A DNA stretch of 64,000 bases. It comes from Candidatus Limnocylindria bacterium. GTDB lineage: Bacteria; Chloroflexota; Limnocylindria; P2-11E. A model generated the notes under the pieces. That model saw only the letters and a list, made by a program, of their open reading frames with translations, did no database searches and had not been told where the DNA came from. The stretch covers positions 11,363 to 75,362 of the forward strand of contig DATCOD010000077.1 of the NCBI GenBank assembly GCA_036564905.1. Reading direction: 5' to 3'. The translations under genes were made by a program, and so were the position numbers. Below are positions 50,158 through 63,517 of the stretch, one piece after another. How positions within the stretch are numbered: position 1 is the stretch's first letter; every line of letters starts with the position of its first letter.

Positions 50158-51333
50158 TCAGTGCCGCTGCCGTCCCACGAACCGCTCGATGCGATCGCAG
50201 GCCTCGTCGATCTTCTGCATCGACGCGGCGTAGCACGCGCGGATGTGACCGCTGCCGCGCTCGCCGAAGGCGCTGCCCGGCACGACCACCACCTTCTCCT
50301 CCGAGAGGAGCCGCTCGCAGAACTCGCCGTCGGACAGGCCGGTGCTCGTCACGTTCGGGAAGCAATAGAACGCGCCGCGCGGCTCGAAGCAGTGCAGGCC
50401 CATCGCATTGAACCGTTCGTACATCCGCTTCCGGCGCGTGTCGTACTGCGCGACCATCCGTCGCACCTCGGGCTCGCCGCTCCGCAGCGCCTCGAGGGCG
50501 GCGTACTGCGCCGCCGTGGGGACGCACATCACCGTGTACTGATGGATCTTCATCATCTGCTCGATGATCTCGGCCGGCGCGCAGGCGTAGCCGACGCGCC
50601 ATCCGGTCATCGCGTAGGCCTTCGAGAAACCGGCGAGGTAGATCGTCCGCTCCTTCATCCCCGGCTCGTCGAGGATGGAGCGGTGCTCCGTGCCGTACAC
50701 CAGCCGGTCGTAGATCTCGTCGGAGTAGATGAGGAGGTCGTGCTCCCGCGCGAGCGCGGCGATGCCGCGGACATCCTCGGCCTCGAGGACCGCGCCGGTC
50801 GGGTTGTTCGGGAACCCGAGGAAGATGGCGCGCGTCCGTGGCGTGATCGCCGCGCGGACGTCGGCCGCGAGCAGCCGGAAGGCGCTCGCTTCGTTCGTCG
50901 GCACGGGCACCGGCACGCCGCCGGCGAGCAGGATGCCGGGGACGTAGGCGACGTAGGACGGGTCGGCCAGGATGACCTCGTCGCCCTCGTTCAGCGTCGC
51001 GCGCAGCGCGAGATCCACGGCCTCCGATACGCCGACGGAGACGAGGATCTCGCTTCGGGGGTCGTACTCGACGCCCCGCCGCTCCTTCGTGTGGGCGGCG
51101 ATCGCCTCGCGCAGCGCGAGGATCCCGTAGTTGGAGGTGTACTGCGTCTTCCCCTCCGAGATGGAGCGGACCGCCGCCTCGCGGAACGCGTCGGGCGTGA
51201 CGAAGTCCGGCTCGCCCACGCCGAGGGAGATCACGCCCGGAAGGCCCGCCGCGAGATCGAAGAACCGGCGGATGCCGCTGGCTGGCAGCCGCGCCACCCG
51301 CTCGCTGGTGAGCGATCGCTTCGCGAGCGTCAT
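50158..51333 (-). CDS. pyridoxal-phosphate-dependent aminotransferase, class I (AspC-like)
   Basis: The internal ATG at 51333 gives MTLAKRSLTSERVARLPASGIRRFFDLAAGLPGVISLGVGEPDF..., a 391-aa product with the SFSKAYAMTGWRVGY PLP-lysine motif. The ATG overlaps the gatA stop (ATGA). Confidence 0.85.
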   Translation of the reverse strand: MTLAKRSLTSERVARLPASGIRRFFDLAAGLPGVISLGVGEPDFVTPDAFREAAVRSISEGKTQYTSNYGILALREAIAAHTKERRGVEYDPRSEILVSVGVSEAVDLALRATLNEGDEVILADPSYVAYVPGILLAGGVPVPVPTNEASAFRLLAADVRAAITPRTRAIFLGFPNNPTGAVLEAEDVRGIAALAREHDLLIYSDEIYDRLVYGTEHRSILDEPGMKERTIYLAGFSKAYAMTGWRVGYACAPAEIIEQMMKIHQYTVMCVPTAAQYAALEALRSGEPEVRRMVAQYDTRRKRMYERFNAMGLHCFEPRGAFYCFPNVTSTGLSDGEFCERLLSEEKVVVVPGSAFGERGSGHIRACYAASMQKIDEACDRIERFVGRQRH

Positions 51334-52784
51334 GCGGCCCTCATCGGATGCAGCTGATGATGCTCCGTCGCGGCCTCGAACGCGGCCGCCACGCGGAACA
51401 GCATCCGCTCCTGATACGAGTTGGCGATGATCTGGAGGCCCACGGGCAGCCCCTCGCTCAGGCCGCACGGCAGCGACAGGCCCGGCAGTCCGGCGATGTT
51501 CACAGGCAGGGTGAACACGTCGTTCAAGTACATCTGCAACGGGTCGTTCGTCTTCGCCCCGATCGGGAACGCGACGGTCGGTGAGGTCGGGGTCACGAGC
51601 GCGTCCACCTTGAGGAACACCGCGTCGAACTCGCGCTTGATCACGGTCCGGACCTTCTGCGCCTTCACGTAGTAGGCGTCGTAGTAGCCCGCGGAGAGCG
51701 CATACGTGCCGAGGATCATTCGCCGCTTCACCTCGGGCCCGAAGCCGGCGCCGCGCGTCTTGCGGTACGTGTCGGTGAGATCGCGTCCGGGCACGCGAAG
51801 GCCGTACCGGACGCCGTCGTACCGCGCGAGGTTCGCCGATGCTTCCGAGGGCTGGACGATGTAATACACGGCGAGCCCCTTGTCCGTGGACGGAAGGCTG
51901 ACGTCGACGATCTCGGCGCCGAGCTTCTCGAACTGCGCGATCGCGGCCCGGATCGCGGCGGTCACGCCGGGCTCGACGCCCTTCGGGCTGAAGTACTCGC
52001 GCGGCACCCCCAGGCGCAGCCCGCGCACGCCCGCGTCGAGGTCGCGCCGCACGTCGACCGGCCGGTCGATCGTCGTCGCGTCGTGGGGATCGATGCCGAA
52101 GAGCGCCTCGCACACGATCGCCGCGTCCTCGACCGAGCTCGTGAGCGGTCCGACCTGATCGAGCGACGACGCGAACGCGACCACGCCGTATCGCGGGACG
52201 CGACCGTACGTCGGCTTCATGCCGACGAGCCCGCACAGCGCTCCCGGCTGCCGAATGGACCCACCGGTGTCGGTCCCGAGCGCGAAGACCGCCTGCCCCG
52301 CCGCGACCGCCGCGGCGGAACCGCCGGACGAGCCACCCGGGACGCGCGTCGCGTCCCACGGATTGCGGACGGGGCCGAACGCCGAGTTCTCGTTCGAGCT
52401 GCCCATCGCGAACTCGTCGAGGTTCGTCTTGCCGAGCATGACCGCGCCGCGCGCGTCGAGCCGTTCGACGACGGTCGCCGAATACAGCGGCTTGTAGCCC
52501 GCCAGGATCTTCGACGCGGCGGTGGTGGCGATGCCCTTCGTCCCGATGATGTCCTTGCATGCCCAGGGCACGCCGGTCAGCACGGGTGCATCGCCGCCCG
52601 CGCGAAGCGTCGCATCCGCCGCCTTCGCCTGCGCGCGCGCGTGGTCGGGCTCGATGCTGAGCCACGCATTGGTGGTATCCGCGCGCGCCGCATCGAGGAA
52701 CGCGTCGGCGAGCTCGACCGCGGACACCTCGCGCGCGCGCAGTCGCTGCGCGGTCTCGGTGATCGTGCGCGGCAGCTCACGCAT
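51330..52784 (-). CDS. gatA: Asp-tRNA(Asn)/Glu-tRNA(Gln) amidotransferase subunit A
   Basis: The internal ATG at 52784 gives MRELPRTITETAQRLRAREVSAVEL.... It carries the amidase signature (GGSSGGSAAAVA, Ser-cisSer-Lys). Confidence 0.95.
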   Translation of the reverse strand: MRELPRTITETAQRLRAREVSAVELADAFLDAARADTTNAWLSIEPDHARAQAKAADATLRAGGDAPVLTGVPWACKDIIGTKGIATTAASKILAGYKPLYSATVVERLDARGAVMLGKTNLDEFAMGSSNENSAFGPVRNPWDATRVPGGSSGGSAAAVAAGQAVFALGTDTGGSIRQPGALCGLVGMKPTYGRVPRYGVVAFASSLDQVGPLTSSVEDAAIVCEALFGIDPHDATTIDRPVDVRRDLDAGVRGLRLGVPREYFSPKGVEPGVTAAIRAAIAQFEKLGAEIVDVSLPSTDKGLAVYYIVQPSEASANLARYDGVRYGLRVPGRDLTDTYRKTRGAGFGPEVKRRMILGTYALSAGYYDAYYVKAQKVRTVIKREFDAVFLKVDALVTPTSPTVAFPIGAKTNDPLQMYLNDVFTLPVNIAGLPGLSLPCGLSEGLPVGLQIIANSYQERMLFRVAAAFEAATEHHQLHPMRAA

Positions 52785-53082
52785 CAGGTCGTTCCTCGAG
52801 GCTGGCCTGGACCCGGAAGAGATCGCCCTCGCGATCGGGTGCCTGGGCGAGGACCGCCTCGACCGGGAGGCTCGCGCGCGGCACGTCCTCGCGCATGACG
52901 TTCTCCAACGGGAGCACCGATGCGCTCGGCGGGATGTCCGACGTGTCGACATCCTTCAGCTGCTCGATCGCCGCCAGCACGACCTGCAGCTGGCCGGTGA
53001 ACCGGTCCAGCTCTTCGTCGGTGAGCGCGATGCGCGCGAGGCCGGCGACATGCTCGACGCGGCTGCGATCGATGGCCGGCAT
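52777..53082 (-). CDS. gatC: Asp-tRNA(Asn)/Glu-tRNA(Gln) amidotransferase subunit C
   Basis: The 101-aa product begins MPAIDRSRVEHVAGLARIALTDEELDRFTGQLQVVLAAIEQL and sits immediately upstream of gatA. Confidence 0.85.
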   Translation of the reverse strand: MPAIDRSRVEHVAGLARIALTDEELDRFTGQLQVVLAAIEQLKDVDTSDIPPSASVLPLENVMREDVPRASLPVEAVLAQAPDREGDLFRVQASLEERPDA

Positions 53083-53173
53083 GCGCCCAGTTTACGGGCG
53101 AAAGAGGGCGGTGATCGTGTTCGGGCCCTTCCGTCATGATGATGGCGTACCCGAACGAGCGCGCGGAGGAACT

Positions 53174-53962
53174 GTGCCGGACCCGCTCCTACCCGATCGG
53201 TCCGTCGCGCGGCGGCTGGACCGCGAGCTGTTCCTGCTCCTCGGCGGCACGGCCGCGGTGCTCATGCAGGTGGCGCATCCGCTGGTGGCCGCCGGCGTCG
53301 AGCAGCACTCCGACTTCCGGCGCGATCCGATCGGGCGCCTGCGCCGCACCCTGAACACGACGCTGGCGGTCGTGTTCGCCGAGCCGGGCGACGCGCGCTC
53401 GGCGCTGCGGCGGATCGACCGCCGGCACGGACCGGTGCGGGGCACCGCCCCGGATGGCCGGGCGTACGACGCGCGCGATCCGCGCCTCCTGCTCTGGGTC
53501 CAAACGACCCTCGTGCTCACGTCGCTCCGGCTGTATGAGGTCGTCATCGGCCGCCTGTCGGCGTCCGACCGCGAGGCCTACTGGCAGGAGACGCGGCCGA
53601 TCGCGGCCGCGCTCGGCATCCCGATCGACGCTCAGCCCGTGACGCTGGCCGACCTCGAGCGCTACGAGCGGGCAATGCTCGCGAACGAGGTCGTGCCCGA
53701 CGCAACGAGCGTCAGGGTCGCGCAACAGGTCCTCCATCCGTTCACCTGGGTCCCCGGGCCCGCGTACTGGCCGACCGACGCCATCGCGGCGGCGCTCGTG
53801 CCCGGACCGCTCCGCGCGGCGTTCGGCCTGCGCTACCGGGTCGGCGAGCGCATCCTATTCGCGATGGTCGTCGCGGCGGTGCGGATCATGCGGGTGGCCC
53901 TGCCGACGCCGCTCACGGTCGTGCCGCAAGCTCGGCGGTTCGAGGCTCGCCATGCACGCTGA
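53174..53962 (+). CDS. DUF2236 (MpaB/rubber-oxygenase-like) family protein
   Basis: A GTG at ~53174 gives VPDPLLPDRSVARRLDRELFLLLGGTAAVLMQVAHPLVAAGV..., matching the DUF2236 N-terminal pattern. Alternative in-frame GTG starts exist at 53111 and 53117. Confidence 0.6.
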   Translation: MPDPLLPDRSVARRLDRELFLLLGGTAAVLMQVAHPLVAAGVEQHSDFRRDPIGRLRRTLNTTLAVVFAEPGDARSALRRIDRRHGPVRGTAPDGRAYDARDPRLLLWVQTTLVLTSLRLYEVVIGRLSASDREAYWQETRPIAAALGIPIDAQPVTLADLERYERAMLANEVVPDATSVRVAQQVLHPFTWVPGPAYWPTDAIAAALVPGPLRAAFGLRYRVGERILFAMVVAAVRIMRVALPTPLTVVPQARRFEARHAR

Positions 53963-54890
53963 CCGGCTCGCGCACATCAAGTGGTTCACCGACCCGACCG
54001 TCCACCCGACAGACTGGTCGCTCCTGTTCTCCGGACCGGTGATCATCGCGTTCGCACTCGCGCTCGGAGCGGTCGCCGTCGCCTACCTGATCCAGCACCG
54101 CCTTCCCGAGCCGAAGGTCGTCAAGCTGCTCGAGCGCTTCGCGGGGATCGCGCCGACCGTGCTCGGCCTCCATGTCGGCATCGCGCTGTTCGCCGCCGCG
54201 CTGCTCGGGATCCTGTTCTCGCCGAACCTGCGGCCGAATGGCGATCCGCTGGGCTACGCGATCCTCGTCGTGGAGGCCATGTGCGGCGCGATGATCCTCG
54301 TCGGGCTCGCGACGCGAGCCGCGGCGATCCTGCTCGCGCTCCTCGGGATCGTCGCGATGCAGCCGTTCAGCGTCGAGAGCATCGTCGAGAACGTCCACAT
54401 CCTCGGCATCGCCCTCTTCTTCTTCATCGTCGGGCGCGGGCCGTTCTCCCTCGACCGGATCCGTGGCGCAAGACCGCCCATCCGGCGCGACGAAGCGCCG
54501 GCCTGGGCGCTCGGGCTCCTGCGGGTGTGTCTGGGTGCGGGGATCGCGTTCAACGCGCTGACCGAAAAGCTGCTCGATCCCGGCCTCGCGCAGTCCCTGC
54601 TCGATGCGAAGCCGTTCCTGAACATCGTGCGTCCGTTCGGGATCGCCGATCCGCAGTTCGTCTACCTCGCCGGACTCACGGAGCTCGTGATCGGCGCCGT
54701 CATCCTGTCGGGCAATCTCACGCGCCCGGTCATCGCGGTGGGCGCGATCCTGTTCACGCTGACGCTGCCGCTGTTCGGGTGGACCGAGCTGCTCGGCCAC
54801 CTCACCGCCTACGGGATCATGTTCGTCCTGTTCATGGCGCCGAACGCGAATTCCTGGCGCGTGAAGCGACAGCTGCGACCCGCGGCCTAG
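53952..54890 (+). CDS. DoxX-like polytopic membrane protein (apparently duplicated DoxX-type fold)
   Basis: The 312-aa product has ~8 TM helices. Its ATG overlaps the stop of the upstream gene. The assignment is by pattern only. Confidence 0.45.
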   Translation: MHADRLAHIKWFTDPTVHPTDWSLLFSGPVIIAFALALGAVAVAYLIQHRLPEPKVVKLLERFAGIAPTVLGLHVGIALFAAALLGILFSPNLRPNGDPLGYAILVVEAMCGAMILVGLATRAAAILLALLGIVAMQPFSVESIVENVHILGIALFFFIVGRGPFSLDRIRGARPPIRRDEAPAWALGLLRVCLGAGIAFNALTEKLLDPGLAQSLLDAKPFLNIVRPFGIADPQFVYLAGLTELVIGAVILSGNLTRPVIAVGAILFTLTLPLFGWTELLGHLTAYGIMFVLFMAPNANSWRVKRQLRPAA

Positions 54891-54892
54891 GT

Positions 54893-55942
54893 CTAGCCGG
54901 CGCCCTTCGGCTGCCGGACCGGCAGCGACAGCTGGAACGTGGAGCCGAGACCCGGTCCGACGCTCTCCGCCGAGACCCGGCCACCATGCGCCTCGGCGAG
55001 CAGCCGCGTGACGTACAGGCCGAGCCCGACGCCCTGGATGCCCGTGACCTTCGCGGTCTGGGCCTGACCGTACTTCTGGAACATCACGGTGAGATCGGAT
55101 GGGCCGAGGCCGACGCCGTTGTCCTTCACGACGATCCGCGCGTCCGCGTGGCCGCCCGCGACCGTGACGAGGATCGGCGCCCCCGCCGGCGAGTACCTCA
55201 CGGCGTTGCCGATGAGGTGCCCGACCATCATCCGGAGTCGGTCGGCGTCAGCCTCGACGAGGACGGGCTCGGCCTGGAGCACCAGCTGCACCTGGCCGCG
55301 GCCGATGTCGCGCGCGACATCCGTCACGAGATCACCAAGGTCCACCTCCGAGAGATGCAGCCGGAAGCGGTGGGCCTCGAGGAGGTTCACGTCGAGCACG
55401 TCCTCGGCCATCTGCCCGAGCTCACGCGCCTGATGATCGAGCGCGATCCGCGCCTCGTTCACGATCCCGTCGACGTCACGGCGCGCGGCGATCGCTCCGG
55501 TCACCGATGCGATACGCGCCGCGGTCTGGCGGAGCTTGTGCGCGACGAGCCCGAGCGAGTCCTCGCGATGGCGGTCGATCTCCGCGAGACGCAGGCCGCG
55601 CTCGCGGTAGAGGTCCACGAGCACCGCGACGCCGATGAAGATGACCACGCGGGTCGCGACGTTCCAGCCCATCGACGCGGCGTCGAAGCCGTCTTCCTGC
55701 ATCGTGTCCGCCGTCCAGGCGAGCGCCGCGCACGCGCCGGTCGCACCGCCGGCGAGCCGGCCACCGGCGAGGGTGACCGCGAGGACCGGGAGCACGTAGA
55801 AGATCTCGAACGAGTACTGGTTCGGTGTGATCAGATCGAGCCACAGGATGACGACGATCAGCGCGAGCCCGCCCAGGGTCAGCGCGGCGGCGCGCAGGGA
55901 GGTCCGGCTGAGAGCGCCCATCGCGTGAAATGATGCCGTCAC
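54893..55942 (-). CDS. membrane sensor histidine kinase (N-terminal 3-4 TM sensor domain, HisKA, HATPase_c)
   Basis: It has an H-box (LGLVAHKLRQTAARI), N-box (HLIGNAVRYSPAG), G1 (DNGVGL) and G2 (GVGLGL). No cognate response regulator is adjacent. Confidence 0.8.
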   Translation of the reverse strand: MTASFHAMGALSRTSLRAAALTLGGLALIVVILWLDLITPNQYSFEIFYVLPVLAVTLAGGRLAGGATGACAALAWTADTMQEDGFDAASMGWNVATRVVIFIGVAVLVDLYRERGLRLAEIDRHREDSLGLVAHKLRQTAARIASVTGAIAARRDVDGIVNEARIALDHQARELGQMAEDVLDVNLLEAHRFRLHLSEVDLGDLVTDVARDIGRGQVQLVLQAEPVLVEADADRLRMMVGHLIGNAVRYSPAGAPILVTVAGGHADARIVVKDNGVGLGPSDLTVMFQKYGQAQTAKVTGIQGVGLGLYVTRLLAEAHGGRVSAESVGPGLGSTFQLSLPVRQPKGAG

Positions 55943-56036
55943 GCGGTCGGGGCCGGCATCCCCCGTCGTGGGGTGATGCGCCTACGTCAAATGCACGCGC
56001 GCTCCGGGACGGCTGGACCGCAGCCAGAACTGGTGG

Positions 56037-57404
56037 CTAGGCCCCCTGGGGCGACCCGCTTGGATCCAACGACACGAAATATGACTCGCAGGCCATGTCG
56101 ATCAGGTCCGGCGTCAGCTGGGCCGGACGGCCCAGGAAGCGGGCCGTGTCGGTGAGCTGCTCGAGGATGTCGCGCGGGTGGCACGACCGCAGCCCGAGAT
56201 TCTTCCGCCGGTAGTGCGACAGGATCTGCGACATCGCCTCGGACTTGTACTCGATCTGCTTGTGCGCGCACATCCGCTTGAAGATCTCTTCGTATTGCGC
56301 GACGGTCGGCGCCTCGATGCCGATCTTGTAGCGGATCCGCCGAAGGAACGCTTCATCGACGAGATCGGCCGGGTCCAGGTTCGTCGAGAAGATGATCAGC
56401 ATGTCGAACGGGATCTCGAGCTTCTTCCCGGTATGCAGGGTGAGGTAGTCGACACGCTTCTCGAGCGGCACGATCCAGCGGTTCAGGAGGTCCTTCGGCG
56501 ACACGCGCTGCCGGCCGAAGTCGTCGACCATGAAGATGCCGCCGTTCGCCTTCATCTGGAACGGGGCCTCGTAGAACTTCGATGTCTCGTCGTAGATGAG
56601 ATCGAGGGTCTCCAGCGTGAGCTCGCCACCGGTCATCACGATCGGACGCTTGCTCACGATCCAGCGGTGGTCGAAGCGCAGGCGATCCGCGACGACGGGA
56701 TCGAGCGCCGCGCGGTGGTAGACCTGGTCGTAGACCTTGATGATCTGCTGATCGACCTCGATGGCATACGGGAGCACGACCTCGCCGCGCAGCAGTGACA
56801 CGAGGACTTCCGCGATCGTCGTCTTGCCGTTGCCGGGTGGCCCGAACAGGAAGATCGATTTACCGGAGTTCACCGCCGGGCCGAGCTGCCCGAGCGTCTC
56901 GCGCGGGATGACCATGTGGGAGAAGGCGAACGCGAGCTCCTCCTGCGTGACCGAGATGTTGCTGATCGTCTGACGTTTCACCGCGTCCAGATACGCCGAG
57001 AGCGGCACCGGAGCCTTGCCGACGTACTGGCTGCGGGCCAGGGCCTCCTGGGCCTTCTCTGATCCGCGATCGACGATGACGAACTGGTAGCTCGCGGCGG
57101 AGAGCCCGCTCCCGCCGCGGATCTCGACGAGCCGCTCGCCCTTGAGGAACTCCATGACCTTGTCGATGACGTTCGTGATCGGCAGGCCGAGCGCCGTCGA
57201 GAGCTCGGCCATCGTCATCTGCCCGCGGAGATACAGCGTCTTGAGCGCGAGGTCCGCGATGAAGCTCAGGGTCAGTCCGGTCTGTTCGATCGACTGCGGC
57301 TCCGGCGGAAGCGCGACATCGGGCACGGCGGAGGGTGCGCCGCCGGGCGGCATCGTGGGGGCCGGACGCGTCTGCGGCTGGTACACGGCTGCCTCTTCCC
57401 TCAT
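56037..57404 (-). CDS. AAA+ ATPase of unknown function with an N-terminal winged-helix-like domain
   Basis: It has a Walker A (LFGPPGNGKTTIAE) and Walker B (GIFMVDDFGRQ), a sensor-2-like C-terminal helical bundle, and an N-terminal ~100-aa wH-like segment (TLSFIADLALKTLYLRGQMTMAELSTALGLPITNVIDKVMEFLKGERLVEI). There is no match to a named subfamily that I can assert. Confidence 0.75.
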   Translation of the reverse strand: MREEAAVYQPQTRPAPTMPPGGAPSAVPDVALPPEPQSIEQTGLTLSFIADLALKTLYLRGQMTMAELSTALGLPITNVIDKVMEFLKGERLVEIRGGSGLSAASYQFVIVDRGSEKAQEALARSQYVGKAPVPLSAYLDAVKRQTISNISVTQEELAFAFSHMVIPRETLGQLGPAVNSGKSIFLFGPPGNGKTTIAEVLVSLLRGEVVLPYAIEVDQQIIKVYDQVYHRAALDPVVADRLRFDHRWIVSKRPIVMTGGELTLETLDLIYDETSKFYEAPFQMKANGGIFMVDDFGRQRVSPKDLLNRWIVPLEKRVDYLTLHTGKKLEIPFDMLIIFSTNLDPADLVDEAFLRRIRYKIGIEAPTVAQYEEIFKRMCAHKQIEYKSEAMSQILSHYRRKNLGLRSCHPRDILEQLTDTARFLGRPAQLTPDLIDMACESYFVSLDPSGSPQGA

Positions 57405-57413
57405 CCCGCCTGA

Positions 57414-61765
<4,352 letters not shown>

Positions 61766-62154
61766 TCGATGGTAGGTAACGCGTCCGCGGCCCGACGGCC
61801 GTCCACATCCGCGTGGATGGACGGTGGAAAAAGTCCGAAGACCGTGGACAACATCCCCGGGCGCGGTCTCGAAATCGTGGATAAAGCCATTGCTCGCCTG
61901 GTCGGGGCGCGGCTATGTTTCACCGCGACCCGAGGGGTCTGCCAAGAGGAACAGTCCCGAGATTCCATCAACGGAACTGAGCCTCAGGAGCGCAACCGGA
62001 GATAGCATCAAAGGCGGTCCGAGAGGATATCGAGGATCGGCTCCACGGCCAAGCTGCAGGTCTTTGAAGCTGCGGCAGGGCACGGAGGCAGGTCGCTCGG
62101 GTCGCTTCTTGTCCCCCCGCATCCACGACCGTCCGCCCTGCGTACAGTCTCTGA

Positions 62155-62709
62155 GTGGCTGACCCGCTTCCGGCCGACGACGTCCTCATGGCCGCCCTCG
62201 CGGAGCGGGATCTGACCGCCCTGGCCACCCTCTACGACCGCTACGGGCGCCTGGCGTACGCCCTCGCCTACCGGATCCTGGGCGAGAGCGCGGCGGCCGA
62301 GGACGTCGTGCAGGACGCGTACATCTCGGCCTGGCGGGGCGCCGCGAGCTACCGCCGCGAGCGCGGGAACCCGCGGGGCTGGCTGCTCTCGATCGTGCAC
62401 CACCGGGCGGTGGACGTGCTTCGCCGCAAGACCGCGTTCCGCTCGGCGCCGCTCGAGCTCGCGGAGCAGCGCGCAGCCGACGAGGACACCGCCGTGATGG
62501 CGGAGCGCAACGTGGAGCAGCAGACCGTCCGCCTTGCGCTCCAGGCCCTGCCCGACGCCCAGCGGCGGACGATCGAGCTCGCCTACTTCGGCGGATACAC
62601 CCACGTCGAGCTGGCCGAGCTCATGGGCGTCCCGCTGGGCACCGTGAAGGGCCGGATGCGCATCGGTCTTCAGAAGATGCGACGTGCTCTCGAAGGGAGC
62701 CGGGCGTGA
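62155..62709 (+). CDS. sigK: ECF sigma factor, SigK-like
   Basis: A GTG start is followed by sigma-70 region 2 and region 4. It is paired with a downstream RskA-type anti-sigma gene, with a 4-nt overlap. Confidence 0.85.
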   Translation: MADPLPADDVLMAALAERDLTALATLYDRYGRLAYALAYRILGESAAAEDVVQDAYISAWRGAASYRRERGNPRGWLLSIVHHRAVDVLRRKTAFRSAPLELAEQRAADEDTAVMAERNVEQQTVRLALQALPDAQRRTIELAYFGGYTHVELAELMGVPLGTVKGRMRIGLQKMRRALEGSRA

Positions 62710-63464
62710 CCGAGCATGTGACCGACGAACTCGAGCTCTACGCGCTCGGCGCGCTGCGGCCGCTCGAAGCCGACCGCGTGGCCGCGCACCTCGCGCTGTG
62801 CCCGTCCTGCCGCGGGGAGCTCGCCGAGATCTCGACGGTCGTGAACGCGCTCCCCGACATGGTGCTGTTGCGCGAGCCGCCGGCCGGCTTGAAGGACCGC
62901 ATCCTCTCTGCCGCCGCGGCTGACGCAGCGGCGGGACGGAGCGCGGCGCCCGCGCGGCGCGAGACCGCCTGGTCGTTGCGGCCGACCCGCGGCCGGCTCG
63001 GGATCGGCGCGCTCGCCATGGCCACCGTCCTGTTCCTCGCGCTCGACCTCAACTCGCTGCGCGAGCTGCGCGACGCGGAGGCGCAGCGCACGGAGTACGC
63101 CCTCATCGCGGAGAAGGTCTCCCATGGCGGCCGGAACTGGTACATGGCCGGGCTCGACCAGTGGCAGGGATCCGGCGGGACCCTCTTCGCGCCCGGCAAG
63201 ACGGACCTCAGTCCCTTCGTCGTCTTCCACGACCTGCGTCCGTTGACCGGCGGCGTGCTCTACGCCGTATGGCTCGTCGACGGGGACGGCCACTGGGTCC
63301 GCGGCGCGAACTTCCGGCCCGATGGGCAGGCCATCCAGAGCGTCGACCTCACCGTCCCGGTGGACAGCTTCTTCCAGTGCGCGGTGACCATCGAGCTGTC
63401 GACCGAGGGCCGGCCGTCGGGTCCGCTCGTCATGCAATCGCGCATCGCCCCTCCCGGGCAATAG
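62706..63464 (+). CDS. rskA: anti-sigma-K factor RskA (zf-HC2 N-terminus, TM, RskA extracytoplasmic domain)
   Basis: It has the AHLALCPSCRGEL zinc-finger anti-sigma motif, a central TM helix (LGIGALAMATVLFLAL) and a C-terminal RskA-like domain. Confidence 0.75.
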   Translation: MTEHVTDELELYALGALRPLEADRVAAHLALCPSCRGELAEISTVVNALPDMVLLREPPAGLKDRILSAAAADAAAGRSAAPARRETAWSLRPTRGRLGIGALAMATVLFLALDLNSLRELRDAEAQRTEYALIAEKVSHGGRNWYMAGLDQWQGSGGTLFAPGKTDLSPFVVFHDLRPLTGGVLYAVWLVDGDGHWVRGANFRPDGQAIQSVDLTVPVDSFFQCAVTIELSTEGRPSGPLVMQSRIAPPGQ

Positions 63465-63466
63465 CA

Positions 63467-63494
63467 AGGGGCCCCGTCTTTCGACGGGGCCCCT
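63467..63494. terminator. bidirectional intrinsic-terminator-like hairpin between convergent rskA and groEL
   Basis: AGGGGCCCCGTC-tttc-GACGGGGCCCCT is a perfect 12-bp GC-rich stem with a 4-nt loop. It sits 3 nt after the rskA stop and ~24 nt after the groEL stop on the other strand. Confidence 0.5.
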
Positions 63495-63517
63495 CACGAC
63501 CGCGGTGCTAGAGCGGG

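Noticed and set aside
61824-62162. 112-aa ORF in the pcrA-sigK intergenic region
   Set aside because: Its third-position GC is far below the genomic norm, its composition is not protein-like, and it has no recognisable domain. I treat the region as non-coding leader or regulatory sequence.
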